A DNA stretch of 63,647 bases, the filler included, from Choristocarpus tenellus KU-1152 (taxonomy: Eukaryota > Protista > Phaeophyceae), in NCBI GenBank assembly GCA_964200185.2. It is 13 parts of 13 records of this genome, joined end to end, with 100 filler letters (N's around TTAATTAATTAA, not from the genome) between each part and the next. Parts side by side here need not be neighbours in the genome. Positions count along the whole stretch, not along the records: positions 37,005 to 40,841 come from CAXNAD020017651.1; positions 40,942 to 49,340 come from CAXNAD020004760.1; positions 49,441 to 54,455 come from CAXNAD020012155.1; 10 more parts are not named here. One strand, 5' to 3'. Of the stretch, positions 39,770-52,998 are shown one piece after another (the first letter of the stretch is position 1; every line of letters starts with the position of its first letter). Under the pieces are notes generated by a model. It was not told the DNA's origin, ran no database searches, and saw nothing but the letters and a program-made list of their open reading frames with translations. The position numbers and the translations under genes were made by a program.

Positions 39770-40400
39770 TCAGGAGTCCTATACGTGCATCAGTATCATC
39801 TATAGGCCTGTAGATTGGAGCTATTCATCCTGTGTAGGTAAGCTTCTGGAGCGTGCTGTAACATGGAGGTCCTACGGTCTCTCTTCAAACTGGAGAGAGT
39901 ACTCAGTATTCACCTCAGCACTTAGGATTCTTGGTAGCTCCCTACGATAGCCTGGAATTTTTTTTCACTTGGTTCGGTGGTATCCTTGGATAGTTCTGAA
40001 CCACCCTCGTCGTCTATGGGACTTCCTTCTGCTCGACCTAGTTGTCTCCATGAGTGTCTTGGAATGTTGGCCCCACCTCCTAACTTGGAGGAAGGGCCTA
40101 GCGTGATGGCATCTGTGGCTCCAAGGGGAACACCATAAACCTATAGTCGTAAACGAGTGGTTTCTGACCGCCATGATATAGACGTCGCCTAGGTAAATAT
40201 TCCCCACCATTAGTACACTCACATTTCTGAGCTGTTTTTCATGTGTCACACGGTGTTCTTTTACTTCACAGTTTCCGCTGGGTGTGAGTGATTCGAAGAG
40301 GTTCCAGCCCAGGCCAGGCTTTGCGAGAACTCCTGCAGTAGTCGTGACAGCTCAGCGTGTTTATGCATCGCGTCCATGCATCAACAACTTAACCTCTTTC
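39770..40400 (+). mobile_element. Second copy of the intron-bearing retroelement leader
   Basis: TGTAACATGGAGGTCCTAC...CACCTCA.CACTTAGGATTCTT is shared with 6355-6433 (reverse). Putative intron ~40193-40271. Confidence 0.65.
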
Positions 40401-40958
40401 CATATTCTCAAAAGAAACGAGGAGATATGTTGATCATTGTTGGAATCCACGGGTTTATTTGGAACTGGAGTCCTTATGTTAGAAACAACTGTCAGAGTCG
40501 GAACAGAGTCGGAACTGGAGTCCCTACGTTGGATAAAATTGGCAGAGTCGGAACTGGAGTCCCTATTTTGGAAACAACTGGCAAAGTCCGAACTGGAGCT
40601 CCTATGTCGCCATGTGGCAATTCATACTTGCTGTCGCAACACGATTTGAGGTGATAAATGATATTTATTGTCCTGACTCATTATTATCGCCTGTGGTAAG
40701 CGTAAAACATGTATTCCTAGTTACGCTGGGGGGCATGTTACAGGCAAATAGCATGTCTGCCTTTTCGTATTTTGACTAGTGTGAGACCCAAAGTATCTGG
40801 GAGGTGGGGGGGGGATCTACACCTGGGTGTCCATTTGGACCNNNNNNNNNNNNNNNNNNNNNNNNNNNNNNNNNNNNNNNNNNNNTTAATTAATTAANNN
40901 NNNNNNNNNNNNNNNNNNNNNNNNNNNNNNNNNNNNNNNNNTCAGCCAAGAGACGCAC

Positions 40959-43551
40959 CAGAACTGGCACTGCTGATAGTTGAACCAGTGCCATGATCTC
41001 CATATCACAAGGGGGGGCCTTTCGTGGCTTAGCCTTCACCGTCTGTGTGCGGTGGCAGTGGGGAGCTAAATTGAGACTTTGCGTTCTGTACCTTGAAGCT
41101 ATCGTTAATTGTGCATGGCTGCTTAACACTGGGCTTTCTTCTGCCAGACTAACTCATGGGAAAGCACATGCATGCACAACATGAAACCTGCACAAATAAC
41201 CTTTTCAAGGGCTTGCACCGCGCCTGCACCATATGCTTGAGGAATCGCACCCACTGGCACTTGTTCGCAGTGCTTAATGAAGAATGGCTTCAGCAATTCG
41301 CTAGTTGCGGCCACGGCAAGTGTGGCGACAATAAGCTGCCAACCACGCAAGTCGCTGTTGACATCTGGGTTTGATGTTGTTTGCTTGCAGAGCTGTTTGT
41401 GGAGTATGGGTGAAGGGCATTAATATTTTCACTGACATTAATTATCTCTGAACTGAGACGAAGAAGAGAAGAGCCAAAGTATCTTAGAGGGTAGAGCCGC
41501 TTCCATTTGGGGCCCAAAATCCAATGTTGCGGTTTCGATGTAATTTTGGCTGTCGTGTTTGTTAGGAAATGTCAATATCCTTGTTCCAGACACACCTTTT
41601 CATAATGTATACATTTTTTTCCTATTCCAAAACATTTCGGAGGAGGAAAATGCCATGAGTCAAAGTATCTTAGAGGGTAGAGTCGCGTCCATTTGGGGCG
41701 CAAAATCCACTGTTGCGATTTCGATGTAATTTTGGCTATCGTGTTTATTAGGAGTTGTCAACATCCTCGTTCCGGACACACCTTTTCGTAACATACACAT
41801 TTTACCTACTCTGAATTTTTTTGGAGTAGGAAAATGTCATAAAAACCCCGAGGGAAGCCAAGCCCCAAATGGACAAACAGGGCAAAACTCGTACCCTCGA
41901 AGATACTTTCACTCCATAAAAAAAAACGTGGGAAGCCAAGCCCCAAACGGACAAACTGGGGAAAACTCGTACCCTCAAAGATACTTTCATACAGAACATG
42001 CATGTCACTGGCGGAGACAAGGGGGAGTTCATCGTGTGTGGGGGATATACAATAGGTAGCACGATCGAGGTGGTTCATTACCGCCCTAAAGTATTGAAAG
42101 TATTGTCTACTCGTTCTTCTGAAGAGTTCCTTACTATTGAGAGAAGAGGGCGTGCGGATCCTCCCAAAATGGTTGGGAGGCAATTTATAGCAATTTTATC
42201 GTTTCAAATGTTTGGAATGTGGACAATGGCTCAATGTTGCTGGATGAAGTCTTTGGCTGTTTTGTTCAAAAATCATGGTAGTGTAATGTCAATGTGAGCT
42301 GTCCACGAGTCAGAAGGATTGAGGCACATGATAATAAGTTTGGAGTGGAAGGGGTTAGTAAATGTATGCAGGGTTTACTATAGAAGAAGTACATTACACA
42401 CCAAGAAAAATATAGTACGATTGCAGAATGCATATGGTATGAAAACACCATTTCTTCTGCCAATTCCTCTAGGTAATAATATTGCACTTGCGAGTAATCA
42501 GACGGCACTGATAGGAGTGGTGGAATTAACCGGTTGAACGAGGTAATCTTTTGTCGGACTCAGAAACGTCCCTGATACCTGGCCTCTACACTCTATACGT
42601 CATGGATTAGAATGTGTAGTTTCATCATACTCTCAAAATAAAAAGTAGAAAATGGACAACGAACACATTCTCTATGTCGTTCTGCTCCACAGTGCTCCAT
42701 AATCATTGTAGTATCTGATACTCTCTCGAGAATAGTGATGTCAACAGTGATTGCAGCACCTGGCAAAAAATCTCGTCCTTAAACACTTGGCTTCCTTCGA
42801 TCATCCTCTTCATTAGGCTTTTCAGGATCTGTATTCCCGTTTCTTTAGTGCGCCTGTCACCCATGTAGCTCATTATTTCTCCAAACGAAAATACTGCTTC
42901 GGTCGACAAACTTTTGTCGTTACGGCAGGCAGCAGTCAAAGGAGATGATATCTGCTTTCCCTTCCAGCTCAGGAGCGTCTCCATCGGCGTCCTCTTCTTA
43001 CCTAACAATCCACGGCGTTCCTTATAATAGTACTTTGTGGCGAAAGGCTCTAAGACCATACAAGGATGGCCATCAGGATCAGCCTCGTCCTCCTCGTCTA
43101 ATGGTGGCTCTGGAGATATCGTTGGTTCTCCCTCCGGTTCCTTAGGGGTCTTGGAAAACCAATCTCCAATTAAAGAGCTAGAAAATATTTTACCAGATAA
43201 AGACATGCGAGAGCCCTTCTGACTCGTTGGCAATTGAGCAGGCTGTGGCATGCCCACAATTACATCCTCATCTACCTCCTTGCTATCATCGGCACCTCCA
43301 CCTTTTCGCTCCAATGCTTGTCCTTTTTTATTCACCCATATTGTATTCGCACCCCTGGAGGTCTCATCGTTATTGGTTCCATCAGGCTTCGGCATGGTTT
43401 CCACAAGGTCACTCTTCACCTCTTCACTACTATCAGCATTGGCACCTCCACCTTTCTCCTCCATTATCTGCCCCTTCTCGTTCGTCCATATTATCTCCAC
43501 GCCGTTGTCAACTTTAACATGGTCCTTGTAGTCGTCAGGGAGACTTGCCAT
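40959..43551 (-). CDS. MyTH4-domain protein without a motor domain, 3'-partial
   Basis: Exons 43551-42760, 41392-41201 and 41042-40959, all phase 0. They read LLSW...ISSPL...FGEIMSYMGDR...KDEIFCQ|LCKQTTSNP...RGWQL...|..PRKAPPCDMEI, the canonical MyTH4 motifs. Confidence 0.9.
41471..41992 (+). mobile_element. MITE with a second MITE copy (41657-41914, same orientation) nested inside; lies in a MyTH4-gene intron
   Basis: The inner copy is flanked by CAT...CAT and the outer copy by AGAA...AGAA. Confidence 0.9.
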
Positions 43552-43867
43552 GTTGAAGAGGCCTAACCTGAGGAGAGCACACCATACAAGGTGTTTGGCA
43601 TAGTAGAGAGAGTTCTCCAACATCAACAAGGGCAGCGGGTTAATTCGATGTTGTGATTGGTCAGATATCACTCCGCATATCTGAAATGTATAACAGTAAT
43701 TAATGTTAGGAACATCTCCAACTAGTATAAATTAGGGGGAAAATTTTAACTTGGCAAGAAGAAACAAGGAGGACAGGTAATAGCCATAGCACTGACAAAA
43801 GGAGTGCGTCAAGGATTGGAATCGTGCGGTGTGCACTTGTGGCGACGTGTAAGATCTTTCCCCAGAG
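43552..43867. promoter_or_regulatory. Putative bidirectional promoter
   Basis: 316 bp separate the divergent predicted ATGs of the MyTH4 and RMD1-family genes. The gap has an AT-rich core with TATAA motifs near 43688-43730. Confidence 0.5.
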
Positions 43868-46800
43868 ATGCAGAGGACAGTACTCTCCAGAATGCCAAGT
43901 ATACGACCGAAACGCCGTGGGACAATGCCTGACCATGTGCGACAATACAGTACCAGCCCAGGACGAGCGCAAGATTTGCTGAGGTCTGACATCTTACTCG
44001 TTTCTCTACCATCTAAGCTGTGTGCGATGAAGATTGATATTGGTCGTATTAATGCGATCTCTATAATCTACTTTGCCTTGCCCTACCATTATTGTGCAGA
44101 GTTCCACTGCTTAGGGGGCATGACACAGATGGCGAATATGGAGAGTATATCGAGGAGTTAGAAGATGAGAGAGTCGATGCAACAGTTCACACAGATGATG
44201 ATGAAGGACAAGAAGATGACCAGCACGCAAGACGAGAAACTGGCACAGACTACAGAAGCGAAGGAGAACAACCTTCGATGGCACGGAACGGAGAGAGGAC
44301 AGCAAGGAACGGGGAGAGGACGGATTCATTCCGAGCTGCCAGGATGCCAAAACGCGGTGGACGTAAGCGTCTTCGTCGAGTGGGGCCTATTCGACGCAAG
44401 ATCCGAGTGTCATCTTATTGTGTAAGCAGGGAACTACAGACCCTGAAACTCCTCAAATGGTTGGAGGTAAAACCAAGCCGTCAACTCTCACTCCAGCTTC
44501 AGGCAGAGGGTACCACCAGGCACGCTATTGGCGGGATCAGCGATCGGGTGGTAAGGCGTTCCGAAAAGTTTGTCCCTGATTCGTCTCAGATGAAAGAGGT
44601 GGAGTGGATGGACTCCCTGTATATTGACGTATTGCACTCCACTACGGATCTGGAAAGTGGCCTGCACAAGGCACGTGACTTCGATCGTCCGGCATGGAAA
44701 GACGACGGGGAGAAGGGAGGCGGCTACGCCACCACCGATATGGACGGGGTGGATGACCACAAGGACGTGATATTTTTTCCGTATGGCTGCGTGGTCTTCT
44801 GGGGATGCTCTGAAGCTGAGGAGATCGAAACCATTGAAGGGCTAGGCCCCTTCATAGTGGGGAAAGTTTCGGAAGATGAGCTGAGCGCATCCAAGGATGA
44901 TATGTACGTACGAGGTTCCTCCGGAATTGCTGCGACGCTATCTGCAAAGATACTACTTCGAATGTGAAGTGGAAGTTATGGGCTCTGCATTTTGTTGTCA
45001 TTTTGCGTTTCACACTCTACCATTGTATTCACAAAATTCTTTGGATTTAGTGCTTGAACTCACTTGGTACTAATTCTCTCCATCATGTACTCACACTGCT
45101 TTGGTCAATACACCTGAACGTGCTCAAACATGCGTGGGGTGGTTTTACAGTCGATAAATGCCTTCCACTTGGACCCGATCCTGCTCACATCAATACTGGT
45201 TAACCGGTAATGTTCTCATCTCCCTATTTTGTCTACATTACCAGGACGTTTGCATACCAGTCCCAGAAAGGGAGAGGAATTCGAATAAAAAATGACGAGG
45301 TATGCCCTCTTGTCCCTTGTCTAATTACATTATACACATAGATTGGTGTTGGTGTTGGCATTGATGTTGGTAGTGAAGCGATGAAGTATACAGGGTCTAA
45401 AATCAGCTTTGTTTTTGAACAAATGTCCCAATTGAATCAATTGACAAAACCTTTTATTGACCCACAGTTACTCGTGGCATATGTGCGTCCTTTAATGTAC
45501 GCATGATTATTTGTGACTGCTGGTGACAGATATCTCTAGACACGACGGATCCAACGGAGAAACTGGCATACTCTTGTGCTCTAGCCCAATCAGCTAAGTT
45601 GTTCGTCTTTGAGGAGCGCTTGGACCACACCATTGAAATCACTAGCAAATACCCAGAGGTGCTGGCTGCCACTGGAAAAATAGGACTCAGTGAGATTGAG
45701 ATTGGGTGAGGATGCTGTTGTCCTGCAGTCCCCTTGTCTCTTCTATTTGTAGTGATATGGGATCTGTCTTACTTCAAGGATGGAGAAACAGCATCTTGAA
45801 TGTGAAATTGTCCTTAGTCTTGTACAATTGCTTTTGCATAGCATGGACACAATGTACAAATAGTTATTATTGGTAGGATTTTCAGGATTTCTTTGATATT
45901 CTTCTTGCAGTTATGGGTCTTGTTTGCCTTGCGTTTTAGAGGACTGATTGTCCTTGTCTCTCTCCAGGTAATGATTTTGATCTTATATTTTTTGTGTTTT
46001 TGCATGTTGTAAGGAGTACTCCATTTCTTTTCCAAGGGACTTCTTCAACATGTGTTTTCTTTCCAGCTACTCCAAAGTCCTCTGGTATGCTGCACTTTGG
46101 ATTTTTCGGAGACAGCAACGCTGTAGGACTGAACCCCTATCACCCCCTCATGTACCAGGCAGATTCTATTGTAGAGTGCTGCTAAACCAACTTCCAAAGT
46201 TAAGACTTCAATATTATGGCCTTGGTGTTTAGTTATACCCTTGGTAGAAACCCACAGGTAGTCAATAGTGCAAAATTTTGGGAAACAGCTGAAGCTATAT
46301 CAAAAGTTGAGTACAAGTACTACGGTAGCAGCAACTTCTGTGACTGACTTTCGTAACTCATGCTTGTCCACCCTGGGCCATTGTTTCTTATCTTACTCTA
46401 TGCTCAGTTAAGCCACTTTGCACCCTCAGCAGCAGTCAACGATTACTCCTGAGGTTTGTCTCACCAAGTGAGGCTCTGCGGGAGCAAATCATAGTAACTC
46501 TGAATGACAACTTATTTCGACTTCAATTTATTTTCAAGTTAACGCACCATGCGCTCGATCTTGGTCCTAGATTAGTTGTCCTTGGCAGACTTGTACTCTA
46601 AGAGTGCCTAAACCCTCCCCCTGTGTCTTCCATGGGAGTTGCAATCAGTATTGAGGCATTCTTTGTCATTTTAATATATATATATATATATGGATACTAA
46701 TCTCTGAGAATAATACCGGGCAAAAACGTTTAGTTACTCGGTTGTGAAAGCCGAATTGACTGAAAAGGTTCCTTTGGTTTGTATTGGAATTTTGATAGTC

Positions 46801-48910
46801 TTGTCCACAGTCAGCCTCCTTTGAATATGTTACGTATTGCATGAATATAGAACAGTATCATCGAGATGGGTTCAGTTCAGAATTTGCGAAGGTTCGCAGA
46901 ACACATACACTTATGGATTAGTTGCCAAGGGGTCAAAAATGATATTGAGGAGACAGTGACGTCCAGAGCACTACATATCAACCTCATGGCACTACAGAGC
47001 CAGTGAATCCACATGGCCCAACCGAAAGCTAACGCGGAAATATATGTGTTGATCCAAACACCACGGGGGTAGTGTCTGATCCACAACTTTAACTAATGTG
47101 CTTGCCATATTTCCACTTCCCCTCCTCTCACTCCCCCATTGCCTTTGTGCCTCTTGGGCCAGGAAGTTGATAGGTAAAGTGCTGTGCGAGCGAAACGAAG
47201 TAAATCTGCACTCAGATATACTGGTGAGAACCCTTACCCCTCTCCTTTTGTCCCTATCATAACAGCACCTGCTAGCATTTTCCAGTGTCACCAACTTGCA
47301 TCACTTTGAATGCCAATTTTACTCTCTGAGGACAGTCGAGACAAGTGCTGGGTTATCCTTCTGTGGGAGTTGTTGAATAGTATGAACTGTAGTTATCCAG
47401 ACTACATGATTTTTTACATTGATACTGGAGTTTAGTTACAGCAAGGGTTGACACATGCATAGCACATCGGGCTTGTTTAGAACACAACATCTTTGATCCA
47501 GCATTTGGTCCTTACTCACTCCCCTGCCCCTCCCCACAGGAACCCTTTCCCTAACCCTTGGTTCTTAATCACTCCCATGCCCTTCCAGGGACCATTACCC
47601 TAACCCACACGTGACTGAGTGGGACCATTGATATCATTCTAATGTAGGGGGTGAGTTTATCACACCTTAGGAAACGTAGTGTTTGCATAACACAACTCAA
47701 CCCTGTTGTATTGTACACAATAAAGCCTTTGCTGCACAACAGGCAAATAGAATAATTGACCCTGAGTGCTGCCCTGGGCAAGGGACGTAATGGGGTGTAC
47801 AACCTGATTTCCTCCTTTTTCCTTTTTGCAGTGTTTCTTCTTTCCTCTGGCAAAATTGTAGCCACATTGAACACCCTTTGTACATTGTCCTCACACAGAG
47901 GTGTATTATTAATAGTAGTGCATTCAAAGATCAATGATGAGCTTGCTGTGCTTCACTTGAGGATGAACACTCTTGATCGATTTTTTTGGCCTATATAAGG
48001 TGCGGCAGAGTGTTTACCCTCTCCTTGCAAGATTCAGCTGCTTTTATTTTACTTTATGGTGCTCAATATATATACTGTTTGATCAAGAAAATTCCCTGCC
48101 ATTTATTGTTTAAAAGATACACCTGTAGGCCACTCCACTCGTGCTCCCCTTGCCATCATTCTTGCCCTTGTCGCTGACTGGGCAGGACACTCCCGAGCTG
48201 TTCTGGGAAGAGGACCGTTGGGAGCCAGCCTATGAAGCTCTATGCGCATACATGGATATCTCCCAGCGTGTTGAAGTTCTCAATAAACGCCTTGTAAGTT
48301 CTTGACAATCCCCCATTGGTACCCTATTGTAGGCAGACAGTGGAGTAGATGGAAGCAAGCAGACATTGAATTGCATAGAGGCCCTACAGATGCCATGAAC
48401 AGTATGCAGATTAGAGGTATACGTACCTTTACCATGATGATTTAATATCTACACAGCCTCAATCACACCATAGTCCCCAGTGACTCCCCACGATGTATCC
48501 TCTGATGTCCTTGTGCCCAGGAGGTGTGGCGGTCCCTGCTGCATTGATTGTGGATGCTTGAGTTTTGCACCAGGTGTTAGTCTACATGTTTTTACAAAAG
48601 TGAAGATCCCCCACTGTGGTCCATCTTCAATTCGTATTTGTGATTGTTGTAATTTCTTGGCAACCCAATGCCCCCCCCGTCCCACTTACCATCTTCTGAT
48701 CCTGGCAGTGAAGCTAACCCCTGCCGCTTACTCCACGATGAACTGTAGGACATACTTGGGGAGCTGCTTGATGTGCTTAGCACTCAGCTAACAAATGCCC
48801 ATGCCACTCGCCTGGAGGTGATCATCATCTACCTCATCCTTATGGAGGTGGCAATTGAACTTGTATGGAACGTAATCATCAAAGATGTGCTACACCTTTT
48901 TGAGGACTGA
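43868..48910 (+). CDS. RMD1/RMND1 (DUF155) family protein, complete, 7 exons
   Basis: Exons 43868-43983, 44100-44903, 45245-45299, 45530-45705, 47163-47223, 48186-48293 and 48749-48910, with consistent phases. Motifs FFPYGCVVFWG, ALAQSAKL..FE, VNLHSDILDTPELFW, MDISQRVEVLNKRL and RLEVIIIYLILME. Confidence 0.93.
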
Positions 48911-51839
48911 CAACATCATCTTTAGATAATCTTTTGAAAGACTAGGAATTCATTGGGGCTTTGGGGTGGAGGGGGTGAAAGGGAGTGGAGGCAGCACGCA
49001 GTAAGAAATTTGAATTTGAATTTGATGGATTTGTTGCCTGTCACTGCTATCTTCACTTTCAGGAAAATGTAATCTTGACAATGAGGAGCCCCAAAAAGGT
49101 GCTACAGTTTGCCCCCCCCCCTTTGCTGGGTTGGGGAGTAATGATGTAACTAAACAACTCTTGTACTTTACATTTTACATATTACTGAAAGTGCTTAGTA
49201 AGGTGAGAAGTGGGACTGGTGGAGAACCATGTAGACTCGAGCATTGTGAAATTGGCTCCAGTAGCATTGTTAAAGAAACTGGTGTTCCCAAGACTTGTGT
49301 GTGTAAATAACTCGATTATTTCCTCATTATGTAGAACAGGNNNNNNNNNNNNNNNNNNNNNNNNNNNNNNNNNNNNNNNNNNNNTTAATTAATTAANNNN
49401 NNNNNNNNNNNNNNNNNNNNNNNNNNNNNNNNNNNNNNNNTTCTTGTTCGTGTGGTCCGTCTTGCCCGGTGATTCTCTTCACCACCCTTGCCTAAGTGAA
49501 GCACGTCTCCACAGAATCACACGATTCACATTATACTGGCATGTGAACAGTTTTCATTGGTTTCCTTTTGACACGTCGTAACGTCACATCCCTCTACCCA
49601 CTTCCAATTTCCAGCTTGACGGAAAGGGAAACATTGGGAATTCCCGAATTACTAGTCAACATCCTGCCCGAAAAGAAGAAACAACAACCACATGATAATC
49701 CTTACATGTTTTTGTTCTGTTGTTCTTCACAATCTTCAACATAACTAAAATCCCGTCGACTACAAGGACCTGTACTATAGCTGTGTGAATTGTTTGTTTA
49801 AAGACAAAAAACGAAAGTAGTTTGTACGCCTACCTCATTATTCGTATCTGTCGCACGTCCAGATCCCCTCTTCTATTTCTCAAAGTCCGAACCCCCTTCG
49901 GCAGTGTCTCAATACGACTCTTATCTTCATATATATGCAACAACAATGACTGGTCGTAGTACAATTATTTTGCCTTGGAGAAATTTGCTATTGTACGATG
50001 ACAAAAAGTTGCAGTGGTTAATGATCATCCAGAAATCTCCAGGAGGGGTGGAGCGAGCACAATTGACCCTTTTTTTGGTTTTCTTACTTTTCTCTCTGCG
50101 CTTGTCTTTGGTCTGGACTTTAAACTACGTAGTAGGTTTGAACCACCTTACTTCTTATCGAGGACTAAGGACGCATATGCTGCTGTTACTACTGTTGTTG
50201 CTACAACTTGGTTCACTACTGTCCATTGATTCGTCTCTTCTTCCAACTAAGGACTACTACATACATGCGACTCCTTATATTACTAATTTGTACACCATAG
50301 TATGCGGCATGCTACTGGTCCCGATTTGAAGGTTCCTATGACTCACTACTAGCTCCTGCTTGTCTGAATACCTGGTGCGTGAAGTTTGTTTGTTTTCTCC
50401 GGTAGCTTTCCTCTAGGCTACGTCTAGGAAGTATCGTTGATAATTGGTGGTCATTCTACACTGTATCCTTCCACCTCGACACAGTGTCCTCTGCCGAGAT
50501 AGTCCTACTTTTCTAGATTATGTCTCTGCGCTTTGAAGTTTACAGTGTGCTCTTGAACACCCGTACCGAAGTGAGTGGTGCCAATTTTGGCCTCGGATGC
50601 GCTGTTCCTGCCATAGTTTTTCATTACGCATCTATGGTAATTATTGTTACACATTGGAAGTCTCATACACCGGTTTCGCAAGCATCTGTATGGACTTGAT
50701 GTAGGAGATATATTGTATTGAACTGATTGGGTGTATAATTTTAATATTTTGCCTATATACTATTTTCCAAGTGTAGAGGCAAGACCCCCCAATCTTTGCT
50801 TCTCGGCCAGTCTCTGTTTATGGATCAAAAAATAGTTTGTATGTTCCAAGTTGCAGACCTAATCAGGAGTCTAATCGTTGAGTCATCTTCTCCTGATGCG
50901 TCTCTCTGAAGTCACCATCACCCGCATCTGGTACTGACCACCGTTAGAGCTCAGTCTAGAACATTATTCCTTTGTTTCCTAGAACAACAGTACTTACTCA
51001 TGTGGAGCAATTTTGATCCGGTCCTTGCTTAGCTTGCAGAACGATGATAATGGTATGTACCTCGAACTCTAGGGCTGCGTCTATCACACGCACAGTATAC
51101 TGCACTGATGCAACGAAAAAGCGATTTAGTATTCTACTATATAGATACTTCCACGTGAAAGAAGTAAGAGAGTTCAGGCATACCACCAACAATAGTCAAC
51201 AAGCAGTGATGAAGCAAGAGAATACTTCACGTTGGTGTGTAAGGTACACGGTGCATCAGGTGCAAAAAGTACAGCGCACATTGGTATTGGGTGGGGACAC
51301 AGTCAGTATGCAGAGAGCAGGTAGCACCCTGTATAATATTTTGCTCAGGAAATCAATTTCATGCTGCGATCGAGTTATTTATTGATTGATTGACAGATTG
51401 ATACGCATTAGTTCAATAGTTCTCTGGGTCACGGACAGAAAAGGAGAGCAGAAGTGAAGCACAGAGTAAATGAAAAAAAGGAGGGATGCAAGAAATGCAG
51501 AGAAATGAACCTGAGATCCAAATATAACACATAAATAAACACATAAAAAGGAAGAAATAGAAGAGAAATATTCAAAGAGTCAGACCAATTGAGAGGTAGG
51601 CATGTTTGGACCCTATTGCGTTCTAAGCCATCTTTCTTGCCCTCTGCAATACTCGAAATTGTTATTTCCCTTTTCCACACACAAAGTGACACCACAATTA
51701 ACAGCAAAGCCTCTTTCTGTCATTGTATAAAATACCATTTCTGTAACTTTCTCGGAAATCTTAAAATGCAAGCCTGCCTTCCTCTCAATCAGTTTGGCTC
51801 AGCAATCCACATCCAAACAGATATCACCAGCAACAGCTG

Positions 51840-51930
51840 CTACAGCACGCTCCAGTAGCTTACCTCCGCAGGATGTGTAGCTCCAATCCACTGGCCTATA
51901 GATGACATTGATGTTCATACAGGGCTCCCA
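51840..51930 (-). mobile_element. Fragment of the same retroelement-leader family
   Basis: The reverse complement TCATCTATAGGCC.GT.GATTGGAGCTA..CATCCTG.G.AGGTAAGCT.CTGGAGCGTGCTGTA matches 39796-39860. Confidence 0.7.
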
Positions 51931-52925
51931 GGATACTCCAACAATCAAAGGCGTCCAATCCACAGGTTAATGAACGTCAGCTCAGCAGAACAGGGGTAAT
52001 CTTAATTAATCAATAAGTATGAATATGATAATTGGCATCAGTTAAGGGTGCGTCTTGGGGCGTTTGAGCCCTTTGGGAACTGAGCCATTTAGAGCCGTTT
52101 TTAGGATCTCTTATCACCATCTACCGTTTTGTTTCTTTGGTTTACAGACGTTGGAATACATCTGAGAACCGTTGCGACCTCCCCAAGTTACAGATTTATT
52201 CTGCAAATTTTACCAAATCAGAGTTTACCCTTTTGGGGTTCACATGCGCATACTCTGCTCGCACCGGTTAAAGCGTGGGAAGAGATACTCACGCTATTCG
52301 TCCGTAGCACAGCATCAAGGGTCATAGGTTGAAGGAGGGGTATCTCTTCACTCACAGTAACACGTCAAAAAATCAAGTCCTGTCTCGTACACTCATAAGC
52401 AACAGCACACAAATACTACTAGCAGTACCAAGGAGGGTGTCCTAGAATAAATCTCATGTTCATGGAGAATACTGAAAGCACACCCTTATTTTTTTCCTCC
52501 ATCAAATCGCCATGTGTTGGCCTTGTATTGCCCACTAAAGTGCTCCTTCCTATTATTCTCTTGAGGATAATGTGTCGTCCTCTCTTGGATCTATCCATTC
52601 GTATTTAGTTCTTAGGTGTCTACAGTTGGGATGGCTGTGAATGTTACGAGTGGGAATAGTAAACAAAATAGTTGAAATAAAATACGATTTGTTGTAAAAG
52701 ACCAATTACTAATTTTCCATCAAAACACAATTTTGGTTATTGACTTCGTGGAAACTCAGCATGGTAGATTCCTGGTGTTATTACTTTGCTTGACTGGACG
52801 GAACCGAGTCTTAAAAAACTCTCACGCAAAGATTGAAAGATTGTCTTGTTGTGCATGACCTTTCAGGTACGCTTACAAACTATATTTCATTATATTATAA
52901 TACCATAATAATAGTAATATTGCGA

Positions 52926-52998
52926 GCCTTCGTGGCCCAATGGATAAGGCGCACGCCTACGAAGCGTGAGACTGCGGGTTCGATCCCCGCCGAAGGTT
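52926..52998 (+). tRNA. trnR-ACG: tRNA-Arg, anticodon ACG
   Basis: Acceptor stem GCCTTCG/CGAAGGT; D arm TGGCCCAATGGATAAGGC; anticodon arm CACGC-CT-ACG-AA-GCGTG; T arm GCGGGTTCGATCCCCGC. A T-run (Pol III terminator) follows. Confidence 0.96.

Noticed and set aside
39857-40742. TGTAACATG...CATGTTACA as the boundaries of an LTR
   Set aside because: There is no target duplication, and homology with the other copies continues upstream of 39857.
49441-51800. Hydrophobic ORF 49904-50329 and possible small exons near 51000
   Set aside because: The ORF has a non-ATG start and no motif, and no phase-consistent splice chain was found.
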